The notes: a model not told the origin generated them from the sequence alone. DNA of 64,000 bases from Candidatus Obscuribacteraceae bacterium (GCA_044229845.1 JBGASG010000011.1:32001-96000); one strand, 5' to 3'. Counted from the stretch's first letter, positions 38,711 through 47,906 are shown. A program made the numbers and translations.

Positions 38711-40768
38711 TTACTGATTCTCTGCCTTGCAGCAAGCTGAAAGCCTGGCTCGTTTTTCGACGAGCAAGACTTCATCGCAATGCGGGCAAAACTTGTGCTC
38801 ACCGACCAGATATCCATGCTTCGGACATATGGAAAATGTGGGAGTGATGGTAATGTAAGGCAGGCGGAATCTTTCCAGCACTCTACGCACAAGTTTCTTG
38901 CAAACCTCTCCGCTGGAGATCTGTTGGTTCATATAGAGATGCAGCACCGTGCCGCCGGTGTATTTGCGCTGCAAATCATCTTGCCTCTCCAGCGCTTCAA
39001 ACGGGTCGTCTGTAAATCCTACGGGAAGCTGTGACGAATTGGTGTAATAAGGTGCATCCGCAGTTCCTGCCTGCAGAATATCGGGAAACCGTTTTCGATC
39101 TTCTTTCGCGAACCTGTACGTGGTGCCTTCGGCTGGTGTCGCTTCCAGGTTGTACATGTGCCCGGTTTCTTCCTGCAATTGAACGGCACGAGCGCGGATA
39201 TGATCGAGCAAGCGATGTGCCATACGCTCACCAAATTCGGTGGTGATATCATCTCGATCGCCGGTGAAGTTGCGGATCATTTCGTTGATGCCGTTGACAC
39301 CGATCGTCGAAAAGTGATTGCGCAAGGTGCCCAAGTATCTCTTTGTGTAGGGAAACAGCCCGTTGTCCATGTGACGCTGTATCACCTTGCGTTTTGTTTC
39401 CAGACTGTTGGCCGCCAGGTCGAGCAAATAATCGACACGATTGAGCAGGGCAGTTTCATCACCGGCAAACAGGTAGCCCAGTCGAGCACAATTTAGCGTG
39501 ACGACACCGATAGATCCCGTTTGCTCAGCCGAGCCGAACAGCCCGTTGCCGCGCTTCAAAAGCTCACGCAAATCCAGCTGTAAGCGGCAGCACATCGAAC
39601 GAATCATGTTCGGTTTCAAATCGGAGTTCACAAAGTTCTGAAAATAAGGCAGTCCGTACTTGGCAGTCATGTCAAACAGCAGTACCGCATTCTCGCTGTC
39701 CCAGGGAAAGTCGCCGGTTATGTTGTAGGTCGGAATTGGGAAGGTAAACACACGCCCTTTGGCGTCTCCTTCCGTCATAACTTCGATGTATGCCCGATTG
39801 ATCATGGCCATTTCCTGTTCGAGTTCGCCGAAAAAGAATGGCAATTCCACTCCCCCGATACGCGGCACTTGATCTTTTAGATCATCCGGGCAGGTCCAAT
39901 CGAACGTCAGATTGGTGAACGGAGTCTGTGTCCCCCAGCGGCTGGGCACGTTGAGGTTGTATATGAGTTCCTGAATGTTCTGTTTTACCTCCGCATACGA
40001 CATGTTGTCCTTGCGAATATAAGGCGCCATGTACGTATCAAAGGAGCTGAATGCTTGCGCGCCCGCCCACTCGTTTTGCAAAGTTCCCAAGAAATTGACG
40101 ATTTGTCCAACGGCGCTGGACATGTGCTGAGGCGGGCTGGCTTCCACTTTACCGGGAACGCCGTTCAGTCCTTCATTCAATAAGGTTCTGAGCGACCAGC
40201 CGGCGCAATAGCCCGACAACATGTCCAGGTCGTGGATGTGCAGTTCGCCCTGGCGATGAGCCTCCCCGATTTCCGGGGTATAGACATGGTTCAACCAGTA
40301 ATTTGCCACCACTTTTCCGGATACGTTCAAGATCAAGCCGCCCAGTGAATAACCCTGGTTGGCGTTGGCTTTTACTCGCCAGTCTTGCTGGTCGACATAT
40401 TCAGTGATAGAGGAGAACACATTGATGGCACTTTTCGCGTCTTCGCGCAACGTTTTGTGCTGCTCTCGATAAACTATAAATGCACGTGCAGTCTTGTGAT
40501 ATCTGCCGGCGAACAATGCAGCTTCTGCCTCATCTTGTATCGACTCGATAGAAATTGCTCCGGTTGGGTGCTCCTCCTGCAAGGCGCGAATCACCCAGCC
40601 GGCCAGAATGTTCGCGACTGCATCATCATATTCGCCGGTGGACCTGCCTGCAGCAAGCAGAGACGCCTTGATTTTTTGGCTGTCAAATTCCACTTCTTGC
40701 CCGTTGCGTTTGCAAACGACTCGCGGCACGCAAATAAATGGAGTGGAAACCGTGATTGGACTTTGCAT
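38711..40768 (-). CDS. nrdD: Class III anaerobic ribonucleoside-triphosphate reductase (ATP cone; no glycyl-radical tail)
   Basis: KRNGQEVEFD ATP cone, HIHDLD, YCAGWS, FTFPIPT, SMCCRL, EATPAEG, CPKH...CPHC; GAAGGA SD before ATG 40768. Confidence 0.96.
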   Translation of the reverse strand: MQSPITVSTPFICVPRVVCKRNGQEVEFDSQKIKASLLAAGRSTGEYDDAVANILAGWVIRALQEEHPTGAISIESIQDEAEAALFAGRYHKTARAFIVYREQHKTLREDAKSAINVFSSITEYVDQQDWRVKANANQGYSLGGLILNVSGKVVANYWLNHVYTPEIGEAHRQGELHIHDLDMLSGYCAGWSLRTLLNEGLNGVPGKVEASPPQHMSSAVGQIVNFLGTLQNEWAGAQAFSSFDTYMAPYIRKDNMSYAEVKQNIQELIYNLNVPSRWGTQTPFTNLTFDWTCPDDLKDQVPRIGGVELPFFFGELEQEMAMINRAYIEVMTEGDAKGRVFTFPIPTYNITGDFPWDSENAVLLFDMTAKYGLPYFQNFVNSDLKPNMIRSMCCRLQLDLRELLKRGNGLFGSAEQTGSIGVVTLNCARLGYLFAGDETALLNRVDYLLDLAANSLETKRKVIQRHMDNGLFPYTKRYLGTLRNHFSTIGVNGINEMIRNFTGDRDDITTEFGERMAHRLLDHIRARAVQLQEETGHMYNLEATPAEGTTYRFAKEDRKRFPDILQAGTADAPYYTNSSQLPVGFTDDPFEALERQDDLQRKYTGGTVLHLYMNQQISSGEVCKKLVRRVLERFRLPYITITPTFSICPKHGYLVGEHKFCPHCDEVLLVEKRARLSACCKAENQ

Positions 40769-40810
40769 TATTGATCCTTCAGTGGAGTAACGTGCACCCG
40801 CCACATAAAA

Positions 40811-40978
40811 GCTTGGCTTCGTTTGCCAGGAAACGATACTACCGGCGGCGGCAGATGGCAATACCTACCGAAGTAGCACCACGGGCGGTGCGAGCAGATA
40901 TCTGCTCGCGGCAGTTACCGCCGGGTGCTCATCCCTGCTAACCCAAAAGAATCCACCTTTGGGATGATAAAGCCGACC
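40811..40978 (-). ncRNA. Candidate structured cis-regulatory RNA in the nrdD 5' leader
   Basis: Closing stem GGCUU/AAGCC encloses five helices, including a C(UUCG)G hairpin and a perfect 20-nt palindrome. Confidence 0.6.
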
Positions 40979-41048
40979 CGGCAATTATCGGCAGTATCGC
41001 TGCATGAGCATTGTCTATATCAAAAGTAAACGTAAACGGAGATTCCAG

Positions 41049-41740
41049 TTGTTTGCGGAATGCTAAATTCAGATATCTGGTAACAATTCAACTCAAGTGT
41101 GCGAAATTCTTTGTCGTCAGATGAAGAGCGATGGATTCAGAAAGCTCGAGAACCTGACGGCAGATTACGTTTCGACAAAGACCGCTGACCTGCTGGTTCG
41201 GCGGTCCCACCCCTGTCCGGTACCGTGTTCTTAATGCTGGCAGGTTTGGCCTTGAACTTCTTGTGTGGCTTTCTGGCACCATCGCTGGCAAAATTGGCAC
41301 TTCTGTCAATGTTCCACACGGGACTACATATAGGTACTATCTGGCGCCAAAATGCCGACGGAGATAGTTGGCATACCGATTTGCAGTTGGTATAAGGTAA
41401 CAAAGTTGTTGCTTCCGGTATTGCCCGAACCAGGAGAGTCACACTGTGCGACGTCGATCTGCATAACTTTTCTTGGCATCCTGCAGAGAAAGTCACGGAC
41501 AACCTGTCCGCAGCACCACCGATTGGTCCTCGCTGCGGGTTATTCGCATAACCCTGGAGTTCCCTTGATGAGTACGGCGCTAGCTAGCTATAGCGCTAAG
41601 CGGTGCGCTGCTCATGCTAACACCGCGATCGCGAATATGGTGCCAGGTTTATCAATCGCGCATTGCAATTCGCTGGGAACCCACCGCTCCTGCCTCATTC
41701 CAGCAGCTCGCAAATATTCGCGATCTTTTAGGCTGGGTGG
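41049..41740 (+). pseudogene. Degraded duplicate of the short Ccs1/ResB-like gene at 42632-43333
   Basis: Colinear nucleotide similarity from TTGTTT..GAATG through ATGAAGAGCGATGGATTCAG to ATTCGCTGGGAACC, with an early TAA and frameshifts. Confidence 0.85.
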
Positions 41741-41886
41741 AGTTTCTGCCGCCCAATCTTAATGCGAGACTAATCACACAGAGTCGATCCTGACAAAACT
41801 GTTGTCTGAGCACCGTTTGGTAACCAATTGCAAAAGCAATGCGATGCCTCTAGAGTCTCGGCGTTCGATGGCGAAAGGAGAAAACT

Positions 41887-42422
41887 ATGTTTCCGACAGT
41901 AGAGAAGACCGGTACGCCTATTCAGCAATTCATCGGCGTATTCAATCAAGAGCACGAACACATTCTTGACTTGATCTTGCAATTAATTTCTAGCTGTGAG
42001 GACTCGAACTTAAAAAGTATGCGTTCAATTGTGGCAGAAATGCGTGCATACTGCGGTCCCCACTTCAGATATGAAGAAGAGTGCCTCTATCCATCCCTCA
42101 TTCAATTCTTTGAGCGTGGGCATATTGAGAGTCTGATCCGCGAGCACGTACGTTGCTCGCAGCATCTGATAAGGTGATTGCGATTGCCAACCAGAGCGTC
42201 CTGAGTCAGTCCGATGCCGTGGAAGCAATTCATCTGATTCGCTCTGGCATTCTGCCACATGTGGGAGGATGTGATGGACTTTCAATATTGATTGCGCGCA
42301 TGCCGGCTGAGAAAGGCATAGAGCTTCTAGCGGCGCGAGAGTTTTCATTGAGAGAGGGTGTCGAATTGGTTGATTGGGTGCGCAAGATTCGAAAGCCAGT
42401 TTTTGCTGCCGCAAGCACTTGA
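41887..42422 (+). pseudogene. Hemerythrin-domain protein split by a frameshift near 42150
   Basis: ORF1 FNQEH...GPHFRYEEECLYP...EH continues in another frame as LAASDK...HVGGCDGL; AGGAG SD. Could be a sequencing error. Confidence 0.7.
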
Positions 42423-42631
42423 GTTCAACATTATCACTTCTGATTCCGACCAGACTTTCCACTCAAGGGAAGGTCTGGTTAGCGTACCGATAACAGCTTG
42501 GTGCTATTAGCAGTACACGATACCCGTCATCCCTGTTGCCGACCGCCTGAGTGATACGCCGCGGCCGCGTTTATCGACACTATAAGCAACCATTACCATG
42601 TTCGCAGTGAGAGCCTGACTGGAGGACGCAG

Positions 42632-43333
42632 TTGTTTCCCGAATGTGAAATTCACGTACTTAGTAATGACCCATCTCAAATACGCGACTTAGTTTGTCGA
42701 CAAATGAAGAGCGATGGATTCAGAGTGGCTCGAGAGCCTGACGGCAAATTGCGCTTCGACAAAGGCCGCCTCGGCTGGTTCGGTGGACCGCTGGCGTACG
42801 GTGCTGCATTCCTGTTGGTTGCGGGTTTGATCTTTAACTATCTATGCGGCTTCTCCGGTACCATCACTGGCAGCACAGGCACCAGTGTCAACATTCCACC
42901 CGGCACTCTTTATATAGGTACGACCTGGCGGGGACCGCGGGCCGATGCCAGCGGAGACAGCTGGCAAGCCCAGCTGCAGGTGGTCAAAGACAACAAAGTT
43001 ATTGCCTCCGGAATCGCCGCGCACCATGAACCACTGTCGTTGTTCGGAGTCGATTACTCTAACTTTTCCTGGCGCCCTGCCGAGGCGAGACATAACAACA
43101 GCCAGGGATCGTCGCCGGTAATCTTTCATGCGGATTATTCGCACAACCCTGGTCTTCCCTTAATTGCTACTGCACTATCGCTAGGGCTGATCGGTACAGT
43201 GTTAATGCTCATACCGAGAGCGCGAGTGTGGTGCCAGGTTTATCCGTCGCGCATTGCTATTCGCTGGGAACCTACAGCGCCACCATCAGTCTGGCAACTG
43301 GCAACCATTCGCGATTTGTTGGGGCACGGTTGA
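42632..43333 (+). CDS. Short Ccs1/ResB-like paralog
   Basis: FDKGRLGWFGGP, CGFSG, HEPL, NPGLPLI, PRARVW match Ccs1 at 29057-30451; GGAGG SD before TTG. Confidence 0.75.
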   Translation: MFPECEIHVLSNDPSQIRDLVCRQMKSDGFRVAREPDGKLRFDKGRLGWFGGPLAYGAAFLLVAGLIFNYLCGFSGTITGSTGTSVNIPPGTLYIGTTWRGPRADASGDSWQAQLQVVKDNKVIASGIAAHHEPLSLFGVDYSNFSWRPAEARHNNSQGSSPVIFHADYSHNPGLPLIATALSLGLIGTVLMLIPRARVWCQVYPSRIAIRWEPTAPPSVWQLATIRDLLGHG

Positions 43334-43483
43334 GCGATCGAGTGCACCAGATATCACAATGAAAGTCACATCACCGGTCTGATAACCAATGGGTATCGTT
43401 CTCTGGGACGATCCAAACAATCGTCGATTCAGAGATTATGATCCCGGCGAGAAGATTTTCAGGCTCTTGCCGCAGGGGGTTGG

Positions 43484-45172
43484 TTGAGCGTTCTTTTGAC
43501 GTCAGTATTCGGACCGTATGGCGTTGATGACGAATATGGCTGCCGACTGAACGTGATGGAGTTGTTCCACAACCAGGTCACTCGGGAGCAGGGCATATTT
43601 TCGCTGCGCATGAATCACCCCAGTTTCGGGCTCTATATGATCGCCGAGAATCTGAAGTCGCCGGCGGTAGTTCTGGATTTTCCGCTCTTGGAGCGCTTTG
43701 TCGCGGAAGTTAAGCGGGGCTATGAATACATAGGCATCTCGTCGATTGTTGCTAATCTGTGCAAAGTCCAGAAGATGACTGCGCTGATTCGAAAGCATAG
43801 TCCCAAATCCAAAATTGTTGTCGGCGGGCATATTACGGCTATCCGCGACCTGAGCCAACTGGTAGATTGCGACTTCATTTGCAAAGGCGAAGGCGTCTCG
43901 TGGTTCCGTGAATTGTTGGGTGAATCGCCTGAAGATCCGATTCGGCATCCCGCGATACTGTCAACCTTGAATCGCCGGGTAATGGGCGTGCCGTTGCCCG
44001 GTACCGCCGCAGTGCTGATACCAGGTTTGGGTTGTGTCAATGCCTGCTCATTTTGCGCTACTTCGCATCATTTTCAAAAGAAGTACATCGGCTATCTGAA
44101 CACCGGTCAAGAATTGTTCCACACCATGCAAGATATAGAGCGCAAGATTGGTTGTCGCGAGTTCTTCGTCATGGACGAGAACTTCCTGAAGCATCGCACA
44201 CGCGCAGAACAACTGCTCGAAGAACTTATGAAGCACGACAAGTTTTACTCACTGGGCGTGTTTTCTTCAGCCGAGACGATCAATGCCATCGGTGTGGAGT
44301 TTATGGCCAAACTTGGAATAGATTTCGTTTGGATCGGTGTGGAGTCGAAAGCCTCAGTCTTTGCCAAGACGAAGGGCGTCGACTTGAAGGAGACGATCAG
44401 GCAACTGCGAGGATATGGTATTCAAGTCCTGGGTTCGGCAATCCTGTTTTTAGATCACCATACCAGAGAAGGGATGCAGGAAGACATCGATTTCACTTTG
44501 GATCTGGAATCCGACTTTGTGCAGTTCATGGAACTCGGTCCTTTGCCGGGAACCGCGCTCTACGCCGAGTACGAGGAGCAATGTCGCATTCTAAACGACG
44601 TACCCTACAAAGAATGGCACGGGCAGGACAAGATATGGTTCAAGCATCCCCATTTCACACGCGCTGAAACGTCAGTTTACTTGAAAGATGCATTCGAGCA
44701 AGATTACAAACGCCAGGGTCCATCTCTGCTCAGACTGGCAGACACTTCATTGCGCGGATATCGTACGGCCAGCCGGCATGGCGATCCTCGAATTCGCGGG
44801 TTATTGCCGCGTCTGCTCGAGCGATGCAGAACTCTGCGCATCGTGCTGCCGGTCGCCCTGAAGTTCGCAGAGAATGAAAGAACAACGGAGCTGGCGATCA
44901 GCCTTATGTCAGAGTACGACAAAGAATTTGGTGCTACTCCCATCACCACCAGGCTCTCTACTCATCTAATGAAAGGTTTTGCCGAGAAGGAATTGCGTCG
45001 CCTGCGCTCAGGGTATATGCAACAACCGCCTCTGTGCTATCGGCAGTTTAGGATGCCCGTCATCCCTGTGGCGGACCGACTGAAGTCCGCAATTGGAGCA
45101 GCGTGGAAGAATCTCTTTCAGGGCAAAGATGAAAGGCAAGTCGGAGATTGCCATCCTCACTTGCCGGACTGA
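43484..45172 (+). CDS. B12-binding-domain radical SAM protein
   Basis: N-terminal cobalamin-binding-like domain (IGISS...VVGGH), GCVNACSFC, MDENF, IGVES, PLPGTALY. Confidence 0.9.
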   Translation: MSVLLTSVFGPYGVDDEYGCRLNVMELFHNQVTREQGIFSLRMNHPSFGLYMIAENLKSPAVVLDFPLLERFVAEVKRGYEYIGISSIVANLCKVQKMTALIRKHSPKSKIVVGGHITAIRDLSQLVDCDFICKGEGVSWFRELLGESPEDPIRHPAILSTLNRRVMGVPLPGTAAVLIPGLGCVNACSFCATSHHFQKKYIGYLNTGQELFHTMQDIERKIGCREFFVMDENFLKHRTRAEQLLEELMKHDKFYSLGVFSSAETINAIGVEFMAKLGIDFVWIGVESKASVFAKTKGVDLKETIRQLRGYGIQVLGSAILFLDHHTREGMQEDIDFTLDLESDFVQFMELGPLPGTALYAEYEEQCRILNDVPYKEWHGQDKIWFKHPHFTRAETSVYLKDAFEQDYKRQGPSLLRLADTSLRGYRTASRHGDPRIRGLLPRLLERCRTLRIVLPVALKFAENERTTELAISLMSEYDKEFGATPITTRLSTHLMKGFAEKELRRLRSGYMQQPPLCYRQFRMPVIPVADRLKSAIGAAWKNLFQGKDERQVGDCHPHLPD

Positions 45173-46011
45173 ATCACACAAATGGCCGTCGGACATTTCA
45201 CACGCAACGCGAGGGATTCATAAACCCTGAACCTGTAGTTCATGTCCGATGGTCCCAGATATGCAATTTGAAGGTCTTCGGCAACAGCAATGTCGAAATT
45301 CTGGACGCCTGTCGATACGAGTGCCGCAGTGCCGGCAGGTATTTGTGGGCTCCACATGATGCCGTCTTCGACAAGCTTGCCCAACTGTTCAAGCTCAAGT
45401 GCCGGCGACTCTTTAACTGGTTTGATTAGCGCTTCGTACATATCGACAGAAGTTACCAGCGCGTAGGGGAAGTGGTGCTTTTCTTCCAGAAGCCTGCTGA
45501 TGGCAGCATAGACATCTCTGGCCGGAGCGCCGGCAGTTTTCCAATCGCTCTTTTCGACCCGCAGAGTGCCTGGATAGTTGAGCAATCCGTGCAGGCCGAG
45601 TTCCTGATTTCCGTTAAAGATCAGATTATCTTCGGCATCGCCAACCTGATGCGCAGCCCGCACTGCGTTGGTCAAATCTAGAGGCGCATGCATCTCTTTG
45701 CTCCACTGGACATCTCGCCAATGAAGCAGAAAGTCCTTATATACAATGGGTACACGAATGTAGGTCTGCTGCTCGTGAGTCCTAATTGGCTTGGAGTCGG
45801 GCTTTCCCTCGAGATCGATCTCGGCAGGACCTTCTTCCTCAATCTTCTCCAGAGGCACGCTTTCCACTCCTGCGCCCAGCGGACCATACAACGAGATGAT
45901 GCGGCGGCCAACAACTGTCCTGCGCACCTCCTGGACCGCAGCTTGCATCATCTGAGTTGCCTGCTCTTCGCCCAGCGGCAGTTCAACTACCTTCTGATAC
46001 GATTGCCACAC
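45157..46011 (-). CDS. Family 1 encapsulin nanocompartment shell protein
   Basis: VGRRII.LYGPLGAGV, PIVYKDFLLHWRD, AEDNLIFNG, GLLN, FRVYESLALRVK closely resemble Myxococcus EncA as recalled; AGGAGG SD. Confidence 0.95.
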   Translation of the reverse strand: MWQSYQKVVELPLGEEQATQMMQAAVQEVRRTVVGRRIISLYGPLGAGVESVPLEKIEEEGPAEIDLEGKPDSKPIRTHEQQTYIRVPIVYKDFLLHWRDVQWSKEMHAPLDLTNAVRAAHQVGDAEDNLIFNGNQELGLHGLLNYPGTLRVEKSDWKTAGAPARDVYAAISRLLEEKHHFPYALVTSVDMYEALIKPVKESPALELEQLGKLVEDGIMWSPQIPAGTAALVSTGVQNFDIAVAEDLQIAYLGPSDMNYRFRVYESLALRVKCPTAICVIQSGK

Positions 46012-46402
46012 GCTGACCTCCTTTCGGCCACAAAGGGCCTACAGTCCACTGCCTACCCGTTTTTTCTGAAGATAGTTCTGTCGCCCAAATTTCGTGTTCT
46101 TCAATAAAATGATCTAACAGCTCTCGTATAAGAGCCTGTGACATAGCAGCATCTTCCTCAATCATTCTGCGAAGAAAGAAGCTGTGATCAATGGCCTTTC
46201 GAATTAGAATCGAAGGATTGTCACCCCCCATGTCCGTCAGCGCCGCGGCGGTCTCCTCTTCCTCCATCAGGATGTGATGTTTCAACCTGGTCACCAAGTC
46301 TTCAGGAGTTGACGGCTCATCAAGCAACTGCAAAAGCGTGCGCGCGTGGTCGTCAATGTTATGCAAAAGCTGAGGTAGAGTCACGACTTTCCGGGGACGC
46401 AT
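45983..46402 (-). CDS. Hemerythrin-like encapsulin cargo with C-terminal targeting peptide
   Basis: DH...HILMEE...DH...HFIEE ligands; WTVGPLW resembles the (L)TVGSL cargo-loading peptide; directly upstream of the shell gene. Confidence 0.82.
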   Translation of the reverse strand: MRPRKVVTLPQLLHNIDDHARTLLQLLDEPSTPEDLVTRLKHHILMEEEETAAALTDMGGDNPSILIRKAIDHSFFLRRMIEEDAAMSQALIRELLDHFIEEHEIWATELSSEKTGRQWTVGPLWPKGGQRVAIVSEGS

Positions 46403-46415
46403 TTAGTATTGCTCT

Positions 46416-47741
46416 TCATTCAAGTAGTTGATCGACGTGCGTACGTTGTCCAAACGTCAAAAGCATGTTCACGACAAATACTAAGACAGCCGACAGTTCG
46501 ATCACTGCCGATACAGGGAGCAGCCGCCAGGCGGCTCCGAGAAAACCTTCGTAAGCGGCAACCTGGGAGAAGACACGCAACGCACAGCCGCCGGTGAGAA
46601 GAAGTAAGGCCGCAAACATCAGTTTGCTGCTGAAAATGTAAGTTCGCCCCAGAAATGAGGGGAGCACACGTGGACCGACAGCAAATACGAGGGTTGACAT
46701 GAAACCGACAGTGACGGCGTGTCGCGAAGCACCGGCAAAACCGGCGGCATCACCGAAGACTGCGGACAGAAGTCCGAGCAACGCTGATACTGCCAACCAG
46801 ACGTAGGCGAGGCGCACAAAAAGAGGAAACGTGCTGTGAACTCCGGTGATTTTTGCCGCCGCTACCGGCGGGTGGAATAACTTAAGAGAGGCTATTGCCA
46901 CAAGGACCGAAATAACGATACCTACCGCCGAAACTAGATGTGCTCCGGAGGCAAACGCTACGGCAGAAAAGAAGTTTAAAGTGGTGGCAGCTAACAATCC
47001 TTTGCCAGAGCATTGGCGCAACCCGAGAAACGCAGGCATCCACTTAGCAGTCAGTCCCCAGGCCACCGGCAATATAAAAGTCCAAACTGCAAAAGTGACA
47101 ACGGTCAGCCTTTCGGCAGCAGACATCGCCGGCAACTGAGCTGTCCAAGCCGCGCAGAATGCCTGCCAGAGATTGATAGTGGTTGCGCACAAAAGCCCTA
47201 CAGAACCGATAACCACAGCCAACGCGGCACTATCCACTGCGCGATTAGTGTGCTTCTGCGCTCGGTGTCCTCTAATCGAGCTGCCGATGAAACACACAAC
47301 TGCCGATAGTTCGAGCACCGCCGACAGTGGCAACAATACTTGCCACATGAAAGGACACAAAGTTACGCCGAAGCGTAGTGATACTCCCATCGTCCAGAGA
47401 ACGAGTATCGTCCAACCGTCGAAGAAGCGAGCATCAGCTAGTTTACGCAGGTTGGGAAGAGAGTAATACCCGATACCGAGAATAAATGTGGTGATCCAGC
47501 CAAAGAGCTGTGCATGCCCATGAGCTTCTACCCAGGCAGCCGAAGCTGCTGAGCTCGACTGACTGTGACTGATGCCCAGAAGGTTCCATACTCCGACCAG
47601 GGTTCCTGGAACCAGCATAAAGAAGAGCCCGGTGCCAACATACGACATGAGCAACAAAATCAAATGTTTTTCGCGCAACAGGAACTCCGGCGCGGAGTTG
47701 AGGTGCGATCGGCATTTCTTTGCAGGCAAGCTATGTTGCAT
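46416..47741 (-). CDS. NnrS-like multi-TM protein
   Basis: HGHAQLFGW...YYSLP and RHAVTVGF...GPRVLP motifs; paralog of the membrane core of 33105-34922. Confidence 0.8.
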   Translation of the reverse strand: MQHSLPAKKCRSHLNSAPEFLLREKHLILLLMSYVGTGLFFMLVPGTLVGVWNLLGISHSQSSSAASAAWVEAHGHAQLFGWITTFILGIGYYSLPNLRKLADARFFDGWTILVLWTMGVSLRFGVTLCPFMWQVLLPLSAVLELSAVVCFIGSSIRGHRAQKHTNRAVDSAALAVVIGSVGLLCATTINLWQAFCAAWTAQLPAMSAAERLTVVTFAVWTFILPVAWGLTAKWMPAFLGLRQCSGKGLLAATTLNFFSAVAFASGAHLVSAVGIVISVLVAIASLKLFHPPVAAAKITGVHSTFPLFVRLAYVWLAVSALLGLLSAVFGDAAGFAGASRHAVTVGFMSTLVFAVGPRVLPSFLGRTYIFSSKLMFAALLLLTGGCALRVFSQVAAYEGFLGAAWRLLPVSAVIELSAVLVFVVNMLLTFGQRTHVDQLLE

Positions 47742-47846
47742 TCTAGCGCCATCCGTAAGATATCGAGACACTTTAAAATATCCCACGTTATTGCCTTATT
47801 TGTGTCCATCCTGCGATGGATCGACGTCTGCCGCAGGCGGTTTCGC

Positions 47847-47862
47847 TCATCCTAAAGGATGA
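47847..47862. promoter_or_regulatory. TCATCC-N4-GGATGA operator candidate
   Basis: TCATCCTAAAGGATGA about 105 nt upstream of the nnrS-like/encapsulin operon. Confidence 0.7.
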
Positions 47863-47906
47863 GCGGATCTGACAGACAGGCGAGCACCGCCCCACAACAG
47901 CGCGCC

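Noticed and set aside
40769..40861. N-terminal extension of NrdD
   Set aside because: The SD and ATP-cone position favour ATG 40768, and the extension overlaps the structured leader.
40811..40978. Cobalamin riboswitch, 6S RNA or tRNA identity for the nrdD leader
   Set aside because: I could not see a B12 box, a 6S-like long central-bubble hairpin, or a cloverleaf with a T-loop. Left unassigned pending an Rfam search.
41137..41762. ORFs 41137-41502 (-) and 41352-41762 (+) as real genes
   Set aside because: They are fragments or shadows of the Ccs1-like pseudogene.
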